A stretch of 49,838 bases of DNA from Nemertoderma westbladi (taxonomy: Eukaryota; Animalia; Xenacoelomorpha): NCBI GenBank assembly GCA_032718475.1, contig JAUCBJ010008812.1:1-49838 (forward strand), in the 5' to 3' direction. The translations under genes were made by a program, and so were the position numbers. The notes under the pieces were generated by a model that did not search any database, was not told the DNA's origin, and saw nothing but the letters and a program-made list of their open reading frames with translations. Below are positions 25,450 to 40,600 of this stretch, one piece after another (positions within the stretch are counted from its first letter, which is position 1; each line of letters starts with the position of its first letter).

Positions 25450-25659
25450 TTACTCCGCCAATGAGTTACCTAGGCAACCCCGCTCTAAATCTTCTATAAA
25501 GTTTACCGAACGGAGACATAGAGGGATGATACTATCGAGTTTGTTGATAATCTTGTATATTTGTTTCTTCCAAGATGCATCGTTATCTTTATTCAGAGTG
25601 ACGGCGGTAAAGAATTCCTGCGCCGTGGCTTGGACAGCCGTAAAGAAACTCTTTGGTAC
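25450..25659 (-). CDS. pros: prospero last exon (C-terminal Prospero domain)
   Basis: TTTTCCAG acceptor, then VPKSFFTAVQATAQEFFTAVTLNKDNDASWKKQIYKIINKLDSIIP...AE stop. Confidence 0.93.
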   Translation of the reverse strand, partial: VPKSFFTAVQATAQEFFTAVTLNKDNDASWKKQIYKIINKLDSIIPLCLRSVNFIEDLERGCLGNSLAE

Positions 25660-28600
25660 CTGGAAAACAGTGGAGCTTTTTATAAAAAATATCTTTGCCT
25701 TTCATAAAATTTGAATTTAAGATTTATATGGTCTTATATGTAAAATTTGTCTTGTAAAATTGTTAAGGAATTACAAGATATTCCGGCTGAAATAGACAGT
25801 TTAAGAGAGAATATACAGTAAGTATTCAGAATGTTCTGTGTTGCACTCTACTGGTGCTGTTTGCGCGGTTCAAATCGATTCTCAATAGAACGGGTTATTA
25901 TTATTTGTTACAGTCTATTCGACTCACCACGTTGTTACTTTCTACTTTTGACATTGTTGGTGGTCGGATTAAAATATATATTAATTTTAATGTAAAAAAA
26001 AATTGAGATAGGGGGACTTGTCGCAAATCCCGTCAAGTGATTTACTATCACGTATCAATCAATGTTCAATTATCAATTCAGGAATGGATCAGGGGAGGAT
26101 CAGGTTACCGTGCGTGTTATTCTAACCAAAACAATGAACTAAAGTCGATAAAAAGATTACAATTTTATTTGGTGAGTAATCAGCTGTTATTTGTGTCGAT
26201 TTTGTCCTGGAGGGGGGTATATTTTGATTGGGTCGAAAATGAAATTGCAAGATTACTGTCAGATACCATGTAATCCTACAGTATCTCTACGTTTACATCG
26301 TGTATGTCCGTCAGTCGGTCTGTAGGTCTAAACTTTGAAAGCTTATTTATCAGGGTCTTAAACGTTTAGAAAGTTTACATACGGACAAACATAAAGGCTG
26401 GTGGGTGTACGGACAATTCCGACCCGGACAATTCCGACCCATCCGGTGAAGTGGTTAAGCGAAAGCTGATAAATACTGCATATAATTCAATTGTTTGGTC
26501 AAATAACAAGTGCAACCAATCATGGTAGACAATTTAGTCTCCCCCTTCCCTTGTCAAGGGGTTAACATATTAAATACAGTATATCCTTGCCCTATCGTGA
26601 ACAAAGGTAATAAAAAGCATAGAGAATCGATAAGAACCATCGGCCTATTTCCTTTGTAAACTATTTTTGAACTCTAAAGATTATTAACACATTTTAGCGC
26701 GCGCAACGCATGAAGTGAAGAATGTAGTCTTAGCGTATTCCTCTATATAGAGTATACAGGTATAGGATGCATTACTGTTGAAAGCATTTGATGGTTGTGG
26801 GCTGTTTATTGAACATACCGTGTTGTCTATTTTAGTAATGACTCGCTTGGAATACGTAGGCCTACTAATGATAAACGTCGTATAGGCATAGTTATGGGTA
26901 GCCCGTAGCACCTACGCGTAGTTATACGTAGCAGCTACGCGTAGTTATAGGTAGCACCTACGCGTAGTTATACGTAGCACCTCCGCGTAGCACCTACGCG
27001 TAGTTAATGTTAAAACTCTGAAACGGGGATATATGACCCAATGTTGCGAACTACGCGTAGGCCTACGCGTAGGTCGAAAAGATTTACCCATTTTATTTAT
27101 TTATTTGGATCCGGACAATTCTGACCCATGAAAATTCTTTCGATCTGCAGTTTTCCAGTCTGTTACTGGATGGCGAATAGTGAAACCTTGTCTCATTTAT
27201 TATTATGATCCGTTGAAACTGGCACTGGAGATATTTACTAGAACGCAACCTGAGTCTTTGTGGGGATTGATCAGTCTGCAGTTCTCCAGTCTGCCCTTGA
27301 TGGAGAAATGTCTGAAGGTTAAAATCCCATCCCTTCTCCTTGATTTTAACTATCACAATGTGTATTTGGCCTACAGTTCGCCGCACCGTACACTCCCCAC
27401 AACACATAAAATATACTTTCCCCACAATAAAAATTATTTGTTTATTGTGACTTTTAATAAATTACATAAAGTTATTAATATAAGTAAATAAACGGATTAT
27501 TAAAAATATTATTAAAATTTAAATACGGTTCGTACATACATAATCTCGTGGAATATAGTGTTTTAAAGTTAAATTATCTGATCCACCCACCACCACCCCC
27601 AATGCGTTTATACATGTATGATGAATCACATTAAATTTGAAACATTTTTACACAACAAAATAAATGAAAAACAATAAATTTAATTTATTTTTCGGACTGT
27701 ATTTTATAAAAAATAAATATTAGAAAAACAAACTTCTCAACGAAATTCGAACAGATTTGGAATCTTTAGTCACTTTTCGACACCTTCAACACTAATCCAC
27801 TATAAGGAAGAAATAGCTGAAATATGATAATAAAGGTTCACTTTGGGATTGTAGTGAAAGATTTGAAAGCTAAAATATAAATTCAGACTCACACACTTAT
27901 AAGTCGATATCTCAAACTAGCCCTACCGTCGTTCTATCTGTAATCATGTTTCATGCCAATTTATTAAATTAGTACCAAAACTACGTGGGGGTGGATGTTA
28001 AGTGTTTCAGTTGGTAACTGTTACCTAAATTAACCTAAATTATTTCAGGAGGTACAGTAAGTGAATATGACTAGATCTACTTGATCATGATGCTATATCC
28101 CGAACGTTAATTAACAATCTAACCAACTATCCGATAATTGGTCTGTGTCATTGATACTGTACAACTTATTCGTAACTACGTTTAATAAACTGAAATTAAC
28201 ATAACTAGGTTCTAAAAATATTTCAAAGGACTAAATAAAATTTGGTAAAAATAATATCATTCAACAACCTTATTAAATAAAATTGAATTACTGCTAATAT
28301 TGTCATTCGCATTTCTTATTTATATACTGTAATAAGTTTCAAATATCAAAAAAGGGAATTCTGTATTTCATATCTTAAAGAGGTTCTAGAACATCTAGCA
28401 AATGCCAGAATATTTAATTCCACACAAAACATTAAAAACCGTCGATTCTCCCCCGTAAGAAATCCCTTTCGAATGCCTCTATCTCGGCCACGGCTTCGGC
28501 CATGGACAATTTATCGGTGGTGGTGGGAACCGAAGCAGGGAACGAATGTTGGGTGAGTTGCTCGTCGGTGTAGTGGCCACCGGTAGCGAGTTCGTTTAAA

Positions 28601-31600
28601 CGCAGTTCGGAAGCGGCTCGGTTGAACCGCTGTCGTCGAAGATTCGGGGCTGATATCTTCCGCACCGGGGGCTGCCGCTTCAGTTTCCCAACAGCCATAG
28701 AGTTTTCTTCCTCCGAGGTTGATGTGTCGTTCTTTACGCTTTCCTCTTGTCGGTAACGGCTGCGTCGCGACTTCAGATTATCGTGACTCACAAACTTCCT
28801 CATCCTCGGTGTCTTCGGCTTGGGTTTGACCTCGTCGCTCACGCATTCCTCGGTAGTTTCGCCACCAGGTAACTTCCGACCTGTTGCTGTTAAATCCATA
28901 GTGGAGAACGACATCTTCTGTTTATTAAAGAAGAAAAACTTCCGTTTCGATTTCCCATCGATTGGGGTGCTTGGAGCACCGGGGGGTGTCGAACACCCAC
29001 TCCCGTCCTTCGATGATTCGTGCGATGAATCTAGACACGCCCCCACGCGGAGCGCACTGCAACTTGTTTCGCCATAGTCCTGGTTCTCAGCACTGCTCCC
29101 GCGAGTAAATTCCCCCTTTTTCCGAGAAGCTCCCCCAACATTCAAATTCCGTTCTATTGTTGCACTTTTCTGACTTGTCGGATTTTTTGTAAAAAAGGAG
29201 AATTTTTTTCTCATTTTTAAAGTCCCGTCCGGCTGCAGAATGTCCGTAAGGAGCGCGGGCACTGTAGATTCGGCGCGATTTCGAGACGAATGGCAATTAT
29301 ACGCACTGACTTCGGAGTCAACCGCATTGAGGGCGCCTTCAAGTTCTTTCAAATGATCTTTATTACCTTTATTGGTCGACCGAATTTCCGTCTTATCAAT
29401 TACGATGTAAGGGACACCCGATTTTAGACGCTGCGAAATTCTCATTTTCTCATTCAATAAATCCCTTTTGAATCTTTCTTCATGGTTTCGGAAGTCCAGA
29501 CAGTTATTGTTACGATAATCGTTTTCACAATCAACTACTCCATCTGACAAATTCGCGGAGAAACCGGTAGATGGCGTTGTTTTCGTAGGTCCCAGTTTAA
29601 GTTTCTGTCTGTCTCTGTCGTTTAGTTCGACATTCGTCTGCATCAATAGATGTTCCAGCAGGTATGACTTCCTCCTGTCCAATCCTGAGACAGTACAATC
29701 GTCGCTAGGACGACGGACTGGAACCTTTGAGTTATGGTCCCGTGCTTCGGCGATGGCCTTGGTCAAACCCGCTGACCACTGCCACAACAGCTGCGCAGAA
29801 TCAGCCAATAACGTGCAGACACTGACGTCATCTTTATCCAATCGCAGTATGTTCCTCTGTATCCCGTTTAATACCTGGTCGTCTACGGTTAAGGAACAGC
29901 CATACAAGTGGACTATATCCTTGGCATGGCATTCCTTGTAACCACGGAAACAGTATAGGGAATCCCCGTTTAGTATTATATACTCTCGGTCCCATGAGCC
30001 TTTATTTATATCGTGTTTCCATAGAAACCCGTGGTGAACAGAGTTCTCCACCAGAAAATCAAAGGTTTCCATAACAAGGGATGATTAAGCAAATTATATT
30101 GTTTATAACTGAATAATACAGATGAATAATTACATTATCAGTGGTAAAATAGATAAAACTATAAAGTGGGTACAGAAGATTCAAATGTTTAATATTATAC
30201 AGAGACTATGTTATGTTATGCTATGTTATGTTATGTTTATGTTATATCGGGAAGCCAGGAAGGAACTCATTTCCACTGTCTGAGCTCGCTCGACCTAGTA
30301 GTACTGTAGTGGAATAATGACCAAACCCTATAATTATTTATATTATTTACTTATATTAATGTCCTTGTAAACAAATGTCTACAGTTTTTAAGACGTATCA
30401 GTAAATAAAGAATTAAACCATCGAAAAGAGTAATTAACTAAACAATGTAATCCAAATCACACCATTATAATTATTAATACCAATAGTATCATTGTTAAAG
30501 TTAACTCTTCTACCTGCAACTAATTATAAAACCAACAATATGGGCGAAACTCTTATCTCCGAGCAGTGCAAAGTTCTGATTTACTTATAAAATACGCTTT
30601 ATATATCAATTAATTGGTTTGAGTAAATAAAAGTTTGTTTAAAGGAATTACGTCTACCTAAGATGGATACGTTTATATTGTTAAGTGCGACAACGATTGG
30701 ATGAAAATTATTAAACTGTAATTCATTAATATTCAACGACCTCATAGATCCAAGTCAATTTAATTGAATGCGATTTGTATTGATATTATTTATCAATTAA
30801 TTATTCGGCTGTTACTGAATAAACACCCCCCCCCCCCCCTCCCCCCCTCCCTCCATCAATATAGAATTTACCAACCCACACTACCATTCATAATTTAACT
30901 ACTAGACTCAGACATATTGTGCAGACTAAAAAGCTAATTTCGTTATTGTTAGACTTAGTCCTTGTCTACATCGTAAATAACTTATTATTTCAATAACAAT
31001 AAAATGCATAAGAATTTATATCTTGATAAAATCAACTTCATGTTTTCTGTTTTCAACTAATATTCGATAATCAAATTCGACTTTATAAAGAAAACAAATC
31101 ATCACAAAATGACGCTTGGAATTGTCCCAATATGTTGATCAAAAAAGGTTTACTAAGACTCACACTAAAAACACCTCGAATACTATTCAAACAATGACTT
31201 CATTAAAAATACAAGTAGCGTACCATAGCAGCCTATATACAGTATATATATGTAAATGGCTACGCTAAACTAGTACAGCGGTTATAATATAAGGTGATAA
31301 AATTTAGTAACATTACAGTTACTGTGGCGGTGTTTTCTAATCAAAACAATAAACGAAATGTATATGGAATCTATTTGCGTCACTATCTGCATAGGCTATA
31401 ATGCGTACATTCTACTACATTAATTATTGTACTAAAAATGAATTGTATATGTATAATCTACAATTCATGTTTCTAACTTTTACAATATTACAATTAATTA
31501 CTTATTTTGCTATTCATACTAAACAAAACATATTACCAAAAAAAATAAATTATTATTATATATTTTCATATCCAAACTGCTTTGTCTAATATAATAAGCA

Positions 31601-34600
31601 CAGACTCAGGCAGAGTTACACATGGTAACTGGTAATACACGTCAGACTGGCAAACCTAGACGTTTAGAATTGGGTTCTACTTCTACAGTATTGCATAATT
31701 TTACATCAAACTTACATAAACTTACATAAATATACATAAACTTATATTATTATTTAATTATTTCTGTAAAATATATTGTGGTATGGTTTGCTTTATTTGC
31801 AAGATTAAAATTTTATTTTTTGTATAAAATTTATTCAAACAACTTATAAACTATTAATTAAGCTTAGTTTAAAAAATAAATGCTAGGTAAGCAATTTGAC
31901 CGTGTTTATATAATGATATGCATTTAGGCCCCATACCGATAATTAAATCAATCGGTACTGTACTGTACGTACGTAGGGCAAGCTCTCTGCCTATGCCATA
32001 CGAGACAAGACGCGAACAATACAGGAAAGACAATAGTTTCCAACAACATACCATAGAATAGCCATGAGGGCCTTCTAACAAGTGCCAAAGTTGCCCTTTC
32101 ATAAATAAAGGGGGAGGCCCATATTTCTTCGAGGATATACAAATTCCTAACAAATACCAACTTCATAGAAAGAAAAGGGATCTTTCTTTAGATATTTATA
32201 ACCACAGGTAAGGAAGGCCCAATGCCGGGAAACCAACAAATACTTTTGTATTGGTCGTCTTAATTCTTCGATTTTGTAATGGTGATGTAAAGGAATTTTT
32301 TTGCGAGATGTGACCCACTGAACAAGCATTATTTATAATAATTAATAAGTAAAATCATAATATTACGTCAATGGCGCATGGCAGAATAACATAACAACAG
32401 ATTAGATTGTTTTAAAGGTTGTTGTTAGAATTTAGGTCATTCGATGTTTGTGCAATTAAAACTTGTTCTTTATTCTCTGACGATAATCAGATAAGTGGTG
32501 AATCATAATACATAACGCAGATTGTTTACCTAATTTCGGTTGCTTTTGCCCGCTGTGACTTCATGGGTCACACACACACAAACACACCTATACAAATTCA
32601 TATAAACACCTACCGGCGGTAAAAACACCTAACGGCTACAACTACTTGGTGGAGCGAGCTCAGACAATTGAAATGAGGTCCTTCGTCCTTACACATGCTT
32701 TCCGAATTTCCATGGTTGTCTCAAGTTTGTTTTTTAAAAGTCCACTATCCCTTTCAAGTTAGTCTATATGCCATAGGCGGTCGTCCATGACACGCTTTCC
32801 TTGGGTTGGTTGCCAGAAAATTAGATCTGGCATGACCTCATGTTTACTTCTCCAGCAGTGCCCACTGAATCTTAATCTGCGTTCGCGGGGGGTGGTTGAT
32901 ACAGGTGGTATTGTACCATTGAGCTCGCTAAGCTCAGCGTATGCCATATGTTACGGTTGATGTTTTGTGATGCAATTTTGCGTAACAATTTGCCATGAAT
33001 ACGTTCCATCAATTTATTGTTCAAGTGACTTCGTCCGAGAAAAATAACTTCATCATCAGGTGCCAGGAGAGATCTGATTTCCAGATGGTATACATTTTTA
33101 ATAGAGCTACCAATGCCTTTGCTTTCCAAACTTCAATGTATTTTTTGGTACTCATTAATTACCCAAGGTACTTGAAGTCGGCCATCTTAATTCCTTAGTT
33201 GATTATTATAGATTGTTGTCGAGTTTCCATAACATTAAAAGTCATGGATTCGGTCTTGGTAGCATTTAATGCAATCCAACCTCCTTAGCATATCCCTCTC
33301 CACTTTTTTCAGTAGAAGCTGTGCATCTGCTAGGGTATTAGTGAGCAGGGCGATGTCATCCGCAAAGTCGGTTTCTGTGACTGTAGTTGACGGATTTCTG
33401 AGCTGCTTCTTGTTGTATAAAACCAAGAACTTCATCAGTTGTGGCTGTGCTCATTGCGTAATCCAACACATTTATGAATAGTAATGGCGCCAATGTGTCG
33501 CCGTGCTGTACACCAGCCAGGATTGAGAAGAACTCAGTTACACCATATATATTATATTTAATCCAGAGCGCGTGCTCCACAGTAAAACGAATGAATAATA
33601 TTAAATATAAATAACACAGGCAGCACAATAAAATAGGTCGAAATTTACAAACTATAAATACGTGAAACTTACGTATACGGGTGGACCGATTTTCAGTTTG
33701 AACAATTAAATTATTGCTATTTGTAATCCTGTCTAATAAACTAATTTTCGTTTTATGGGATTTATACCAAACATGGGAGCATCTGGTGAGATTACCTGAG
33801 CTTCTGTGTCACAATCTCACAATACTCTATAATTATCGCCAGCGATAATTACTTCTGATATTCCATGTGTCCTGAGGATTGTCAGGATTTTAACTCTTAT
33901 GGATGGAGTCGAATGCTTTCTTGAAGTCCACAAATGTCAGAACTGCGGTGAGATTATTTGACTTAATTCCTTCAATCAGTCTCCGTAGTGCAAGTATCTG
34001 AGCCATTGTTGATCTACTTGGTCGAAATCCGTTTTGGCTCTCCCGGAGCAGTTTCTCTGTGTGAAGTATAATTCGAGATTCTTTAAATGACTTTAGTACA
34101 AATCGATGGCTTTTTCCCGTTTAGCATCCGGTTGCAAACATGCAATAGCTGTCTGTTTTACGCTCATGTTTACCTCTGCGGGGATATCATATAATCAACT
34201 GATTTTATGATTGTAGTTGCTTTTAATTCTCCTCTGAAGTTCGGCAGGTGTAAAGTCATGTTTCACCTTGGAACGTTTTTGTTTAAGATACTTTGGCCTA
34301 CCTGTCTACCACGTCTTTTAAAAGTCCAGTCAGATCTCCATAGAACTTAACAGCTTGCTCTAGGTCTGGTGCATTCATTGGTTGGACTGTAGCAACATAT
34401 TAGGCCTACTGTATTACGGCCTACTGGTAAATCAATAGTCTGGTAATTGCAGACTTTTATAATGATGAAATTGAAACCGAATATAAATATAAGTGTAAAA
34501 ATGTTAGTGATACTGTATTTAATATTATTAACTTTAAATCAAGCAAATTAATTGAAATTTTCCAGTCAGGAGTAAAACTCTCAGGATGGCAATATTAGGT

Positions 34601-37600
34601 TCTTACCAATAATGCTGTGCTGATATATTGATATTATTGGCTTAGCTGGATACTTTGTAACAAAGGCTTCAACGGCTTACTTTGATTTATAGGGTATGAC
34701 GCTGGTAATATATTTTATATGACAAACACATGGGAGGAAATGCAATTACACTACAGCGAAATACCTTCAATTGATAATATCCCTGGGAGCGCTGCTACAT
34801 AATCCAATCATAACTACATTACTACCAAATTAAATAAATAAAATATCCACCGCAACATGTAAGGAATCCCAAATTTCACCACGAAACATAATAGTTAGCC
34901 ATCACGAAGATAAATATTAACAACTGCCAATAATGTCTTGCTAACCACAATACAACTCTAAATAGATAAACTTAATTATGTACTAATTACGGCCATGCTA
35001 ACGCCATATACATACATACTGCTACACGTACCGCCATTCGTGTTGCCATACATACTGTCATACCTTAGTTACAACTAAGAAACAATATAAATACATATTA
35101 TATCAATTAATTTAAATTAAAAATTAATTAACTAACAAATTACTACTAACATGAAACTGATTGCTCTTGTTGTAATGAAGGTTCAACGACCTGAAAAGAT
35201 CTGAGTCTTCAATGATCACAATGTTAGTTGCCATGGTAACTCCATCGGAGATGGCTTGACGAGAAAATTTTTCTATTTGTAAGTAAAAGAATTCCCTGAA
35301 AAAAATAATGATATAACTATTTACATACTTGTGTGTAAAGTAGCACTTTACAGTGTGATGATCCGAGTGGCTTTGTTACACGACCGAACTTTAGTTAGTG
35401 AGTGAAAATAATGACACGAGGATCAGAACACTGTAAAGTAATTTGCAACAAGTACTGTATGTATGTAGTTTTATTCCAATAAAAATTACATAAATCATGT
35501 TATAAAAAACTTCGCTTATATTTATGGTGGCGTTTGGAGCCATGTTAATAGTTTATAGATACTGGTTATTAATAGCTACTGTAGGTAATGCAGTACGCCT
35601 ATCTGGTTGTCAGGAAATTAATAATAAATACCTACTATTAATTGTTTATGTCGTAACCACCACGGTGTGACCTTACAGCCACGCTGTCGTGACATTTGTT
35701 CGCGCTTTCAGACCTTTAGCAGTTTAACCTGCCAATTTTCGACTTTAGCCTATAACAATTATTTAGTGCACATGAAGTTACATTAGCCGAAGCCAGTCTA
35801 TGCGCGATCATTTACCCACTGTTAAGGGAGACTGGATTCGGATGCTTTGAAAGTTATTGCGGTGCAGACTTACTGTATTATTCGATTGATCGTACTATAT
35901 AATCTCTGACAATATTATCTACTTTCGGGAAATATTAACAGTTCCTTTAGGACGTGGCGCTTTAAGTATATAAAACAGAGTTATGACTTATACTAAACAC
36001 AACGAGATGGCTACTGAGTTTCGTAAATAGCACATTCTTTAGGAGAAGCTTTATTATATATCACACTACTTCACACGACTTCACACTACTTCACACTGAT
36101 CTGCCGACCGTCACTGAATTTGATCATATATAAGGAGGATAGCAACTGACACATGTAGGGATTATGAAATAGCATTTAATTCACACAAAAAACCACTATA
36201 ATGTAAGTCGCAATTGCTACAGGTAACCGGTCCCTCTTACCTTCAGTAATCAAGAAGATTGGGGGTTTTATGATTATTTATCGGTATTCTCCAAATATAA
36301 CAACATATCCATCAATATACAACAATTAATAACAGACAGTAAAATAATGCGGTGAACAATCAGTATGTGTTACATAAGTCGTAATGCATGCAGGATTGTA
36401 TGAATTGTATGAATTGAATTGCAGATAATATATTTACGTTCTTGTAATCAAAGCCATCTAATGTTTTGGCCAAAGTCTGAAACTTCTACAGAAGCACAGA
36501 AGAATTCTAAGCCGGTGTTCTGAGGCTCAGAAAAGGTAAACAAAGACCGTAATGCATTGCGCGGGTTTCCGTAGGCCCTTGTCCAACATAAAATGAAAAT
36601 CGCTCTGATTGGAGGGGCAGAACAAAGAGGTTCCACGTTTACAGAAAATCAGCTGACAGATTTCGTCATCTGAGCTCCAGTCTTTTAGAGTATTAGGCGC
36701 ATTGCGGCAAAAATGACTTGTTATGTCCGCTAAAGCACCTACACGGTACATTGCGGGGAAAAATGACTTGTTATGTCCGCAAAAGCTTTTACAACATTAC
36801 ATAATTAATAGTACAACAATACAATACTAAATGTACAGGCCAATACAATGCTGTAATGTCCTCTAAAGTTGTAAAGTGCTAAATAACAACTCGCTGTTAA
36901 TACTAACGGTGTTGAGTAATGTTACAATTTTGAAATAAATGAACAGAACTTTAAAAATGACGTCACGATGGAAAGGGGGTTACGATATTTCGTGACGATT
37001 TGTAACTAGGGCAGAGTGTGGGTAAAACTAACTACTACTAGGTCGAGCGAACTCGGACAGTGGAAATGAGATCCTTCCAGGCTTCCCGATTCTCCATAGT
37101 TGTCGCAATTTCGTTTCTCCTAAGTTCAGTATCCCTTTCAAGTTGATCTACATATGTTATGGCCGGTCGTCCACGACTACGCTTCCCATGAGTTGGTTGC
37201 CAGAAAAGTAGATCTGGTATGACCTCGTCTTTACTTCGCCAGCAGTGCCCACTGAATCTTAATCTGCGTTCACGGAGGGTGGTTGATACAGGTGGTATTG
37301 TACCATAAAGCTCGGCGTTTGTCATGTGTTGTCTCCAGCTGATATTTAGGGCTGCCCTTAGTAGTCTTGTGTAGCAACCATCAATTCGTTGTTCAAGTGA
37401 TTTAGTCAGTGTCCAGGTCTCACCCCCATATAAAAATACACTTTCCACCGTGGCTCGAAAGAACTTAGTCTTCAGGTGCCTGGAGAGATCTGATTTCCAG
37501 ATGGTATCCATTTTTGATAGAGCTACCCAAGCCTTTGCTTTCCTAACTTCTATGTCCTTTTTGTTACTCTCTATCCATGATCCAAGGTACTGGAAGTCAT

Positions 37601-40600
37601 CGACCTTCCTTAGTTGATTATTATCAATGGTTGTCAAGTTTCCATCAACATTAAAGGTCATGAATTCGGTCTTTGAAGCATTTATATGCAATCCAACCTC
37701 TTTAGCAGCCCTCTCCACTTTATTTAGTAGAAGCTGTGCATCTGCTAGGGTATTAGAGAGCAGGGCGATGTCATCCGCAAAGTCGGTGTCTGTGACTGTA
37801 GTTGCCGGATATCTACTACTTCTGCGTTCTTGAAGTGTGAATCCCAGGTCTTCACCCTTTGTGGCCGTCCTCATTGCGTAATCCAGCACAATTTCAAATA
37901 GTAATGGTGCTAATGTGTCACCTTGCAGTACGCCAGCCAGGATTGAGAAAAACTCAGTTTCACCATCTGGTGAGAGTACTTGCGCTTCTGTGTCACAATA
38001 TAACAATCCAATGCCAGCAACAATTACTTCTGGTATTCCATAAGCTCTTAGGATTTCAAGCATTTTACCTCTATGGATGGAGTCGAATGCCTTCTTGAAG
38101 TCCACAAAAGTCATGACAGCGGGGAGATTCTTTGACTTAATTCCTTCAATCAGTCTCCGTAGTGCAAGTATCTGAGCTATTGTTGATCTATTTGGTCGAA
38201 ATCCGTTTTGGCTCTTACGCAGTAGTTTCTCTATGTGAGGCCTAATCCTATATAGAATCATTTTATTGTATATTTTGGCAGCTACCACAAGCAGACAGAT
38301 CCCACGATAGTTTGTTGGTATGCCGAGGTCTCCTTTCTTGGGGAGAGGCTTTAGTTGACCTTTAGTCGAAATTGGTGGTGGCTTTTCCTCTTTTAACATC
38401 CGGTTGCAAACATTCAATAATGGTCTGTTTAGCACTCCGGTTTTCCATACCTCCGCTGGGATTTCATCTAATCCACTCGCTTTATTATTGGACATGCTTT
38501 TAATGCTTCTTTGGAGTTCGGCAGGTGTGAAGTCCCCTGTTTCTATAGGTAGTGTCTTGTCATATATTTTCCTTGTAGGGCTGACCTCGATGTTTGGTGG
38601 CTGCCCAAGCAAGTTGCTGAAGTGATTTTTCCACTTCCCAACACGTTCTTCAGGACTATCGGCTTTGAGGCGCCCCTTTGCACAACTTTTCCGACCAGAT
38701 ACCTTATTTACAGTTTGCCAGGTAAGTCTTGATTGTTGCTGTATGTGAGCAGTTGTAATTGCTTCAGTTTTATCCTGTATGAACTTTTCCTGGCTGATGT
38801 TGTAGGCCATTTGAGATCGTCCTTAGCTTTCTCAACCTTGTTAATGTTTTCGGTTGTTGGTTGTTCGGTTTTAACTTTGTAGGCTATCTTAAGATCTTCT
38901 CTCTTACAAGTAACCTCAGAGTTTTGCCATGGCACATATTGTTTTCGTTTGGGTTTCTGTGGGATATGCCTCTTAGCTGATTCCTCGTGGGCTGTTATTA
39001 TATTCTGGTATATTGAATTGGTGGATTGGTCTTCATCCATTGACTGAAGTGCTTCAAAGCGGTTTTGAACTTCTACTGTATAAGCATCCTTTACAGCATT
39101 GTCAGTTCTGAGTTTTTCCCAGTCATATTTGATTTGCTTGCTTGTCCTGGGTTTGCTGGCTCTCAAACTGAGTCTGATCTCTGCAGTCACAATTCTGTGG
39201 CCCGAACCAATTAGGTTGAACGAGCTGTATGCCTCGCAGTTGATCATGCTGTTTCTCCACTTTTTGTTTATGAGGATGTAATCCAGTTGTGCTTTGGTTC
39301 CATTAAGGTATTGAAAGGTCCATAGCTTCCCCTTACTCTTTTCGAATGTGTTGTTTGTTGGTATCAATTCACATTCTTCCATTAGGTCTAAAAGTAAGTA
39401 CCCATTTCTGTTAGAACTGGTGTTATAGGTGTAACCCTTGATGTCTTCTGGGCCAATTGGGGCATTCAGGTCACCAGCAATGACTTTAACATTGTGTTTC
39501 GGAATGTCCTTTATAAGTCCAGTCAGTTCTTCATAAAACTTGACTGCTTGTTCTGGCTCTGAGGCATTGGTTGGACTGTAGCAACATATAACTGTTGCCT
39601 TGGGATTCCCATCAAATGTTGCGATCATAACCCTGGAATTTATAGATTCGATGTTGTTTAGGGTCTTAAGTGCAAATGGGCTTAGCAGAATTTCTACTCC
39701 ACCAATTGAGTACAACTAACAGAGATAAATATGTGGCAATGTGGCAATGGAAAGTCTCTTCATTCAAGATTATAGAACAACAAACCTTGCTCTTAAGTCA
39801 AACTACCTCTGTGCTGTTGTTGAACTTAACTAAATAAATAGAAAAGTAGATACTAGATAATATAATATGTAGACCGACCTGAAGTTGCTAAACCATTTGA
39901 TGAGTTGGGCATTATTATGTCTACTGAATCTCACATCGGGGAAGTGTAACCTGAGTACAGCAGATGAAGGATAACGTGTGTAGAAGAACATGAGTTTAGC
40001 TTTCTTTAGATGGTTGGGAGTCAGATTGGTGGCCCATCCCTGTGTGAATAGTATTATATGATACTGTTAGAAGGAAACTCAGGTTGTTCCACGAAATACG
40101 ATCTGACGTTTAGAATGTATTCACAAAAAATCAGGTTTTGAGAAATTTACCCACACCACCAATCAATCCAAGAAAGGGGGACAGTACGTGTTCACCCCTT
40201 TTAATCTCTCCACCCCCCCCCCCCTCCCCCCACCCTTCCCAACCACCAATACATAACCGCGACATCTACCACCCACGGAAGGGTAGCACGAACTTATTTC
40301 AAATCGTACGTTCAATATGCAAAGACAGGTGGTGTATAGGAATATAATCAACGCCGTACTCGTCTTAATTATTATAAGCGTCGTTGCGCTCGTCCTGTTT
40401 TGTATTTAAATATATTTCCTAAACGCAGACTGGCAATCTTTATAACTATGGATACGTGCTATATGCGAAACCAGGAATGGTGTATAGGAATATAATCAAT
40501 GCAGAACGCAGTACTAAATTCAGTCGATGCAGTAATGATATTCAAATAATTAATTTAATACCAGTACCCTCTGTTAATGCATCAGTGTAAAAACTTAGAC

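Noticed and set aside
25381-25714. Plus-strand X-box/CCAAT/TATA promoter and 62-aa secreted-peptide-like ORF
   Set aside because: Largely antisense to the conserved last prospero coding exon, which explains the sequence; the ATG would sit at the predicted TSS.
35228-35241. RFX X-box-like GTTGCCATGGTAAC
   Set aside because: Falls within prospero exon 5 codons (VTMAT); no independent support as a regulatory site.
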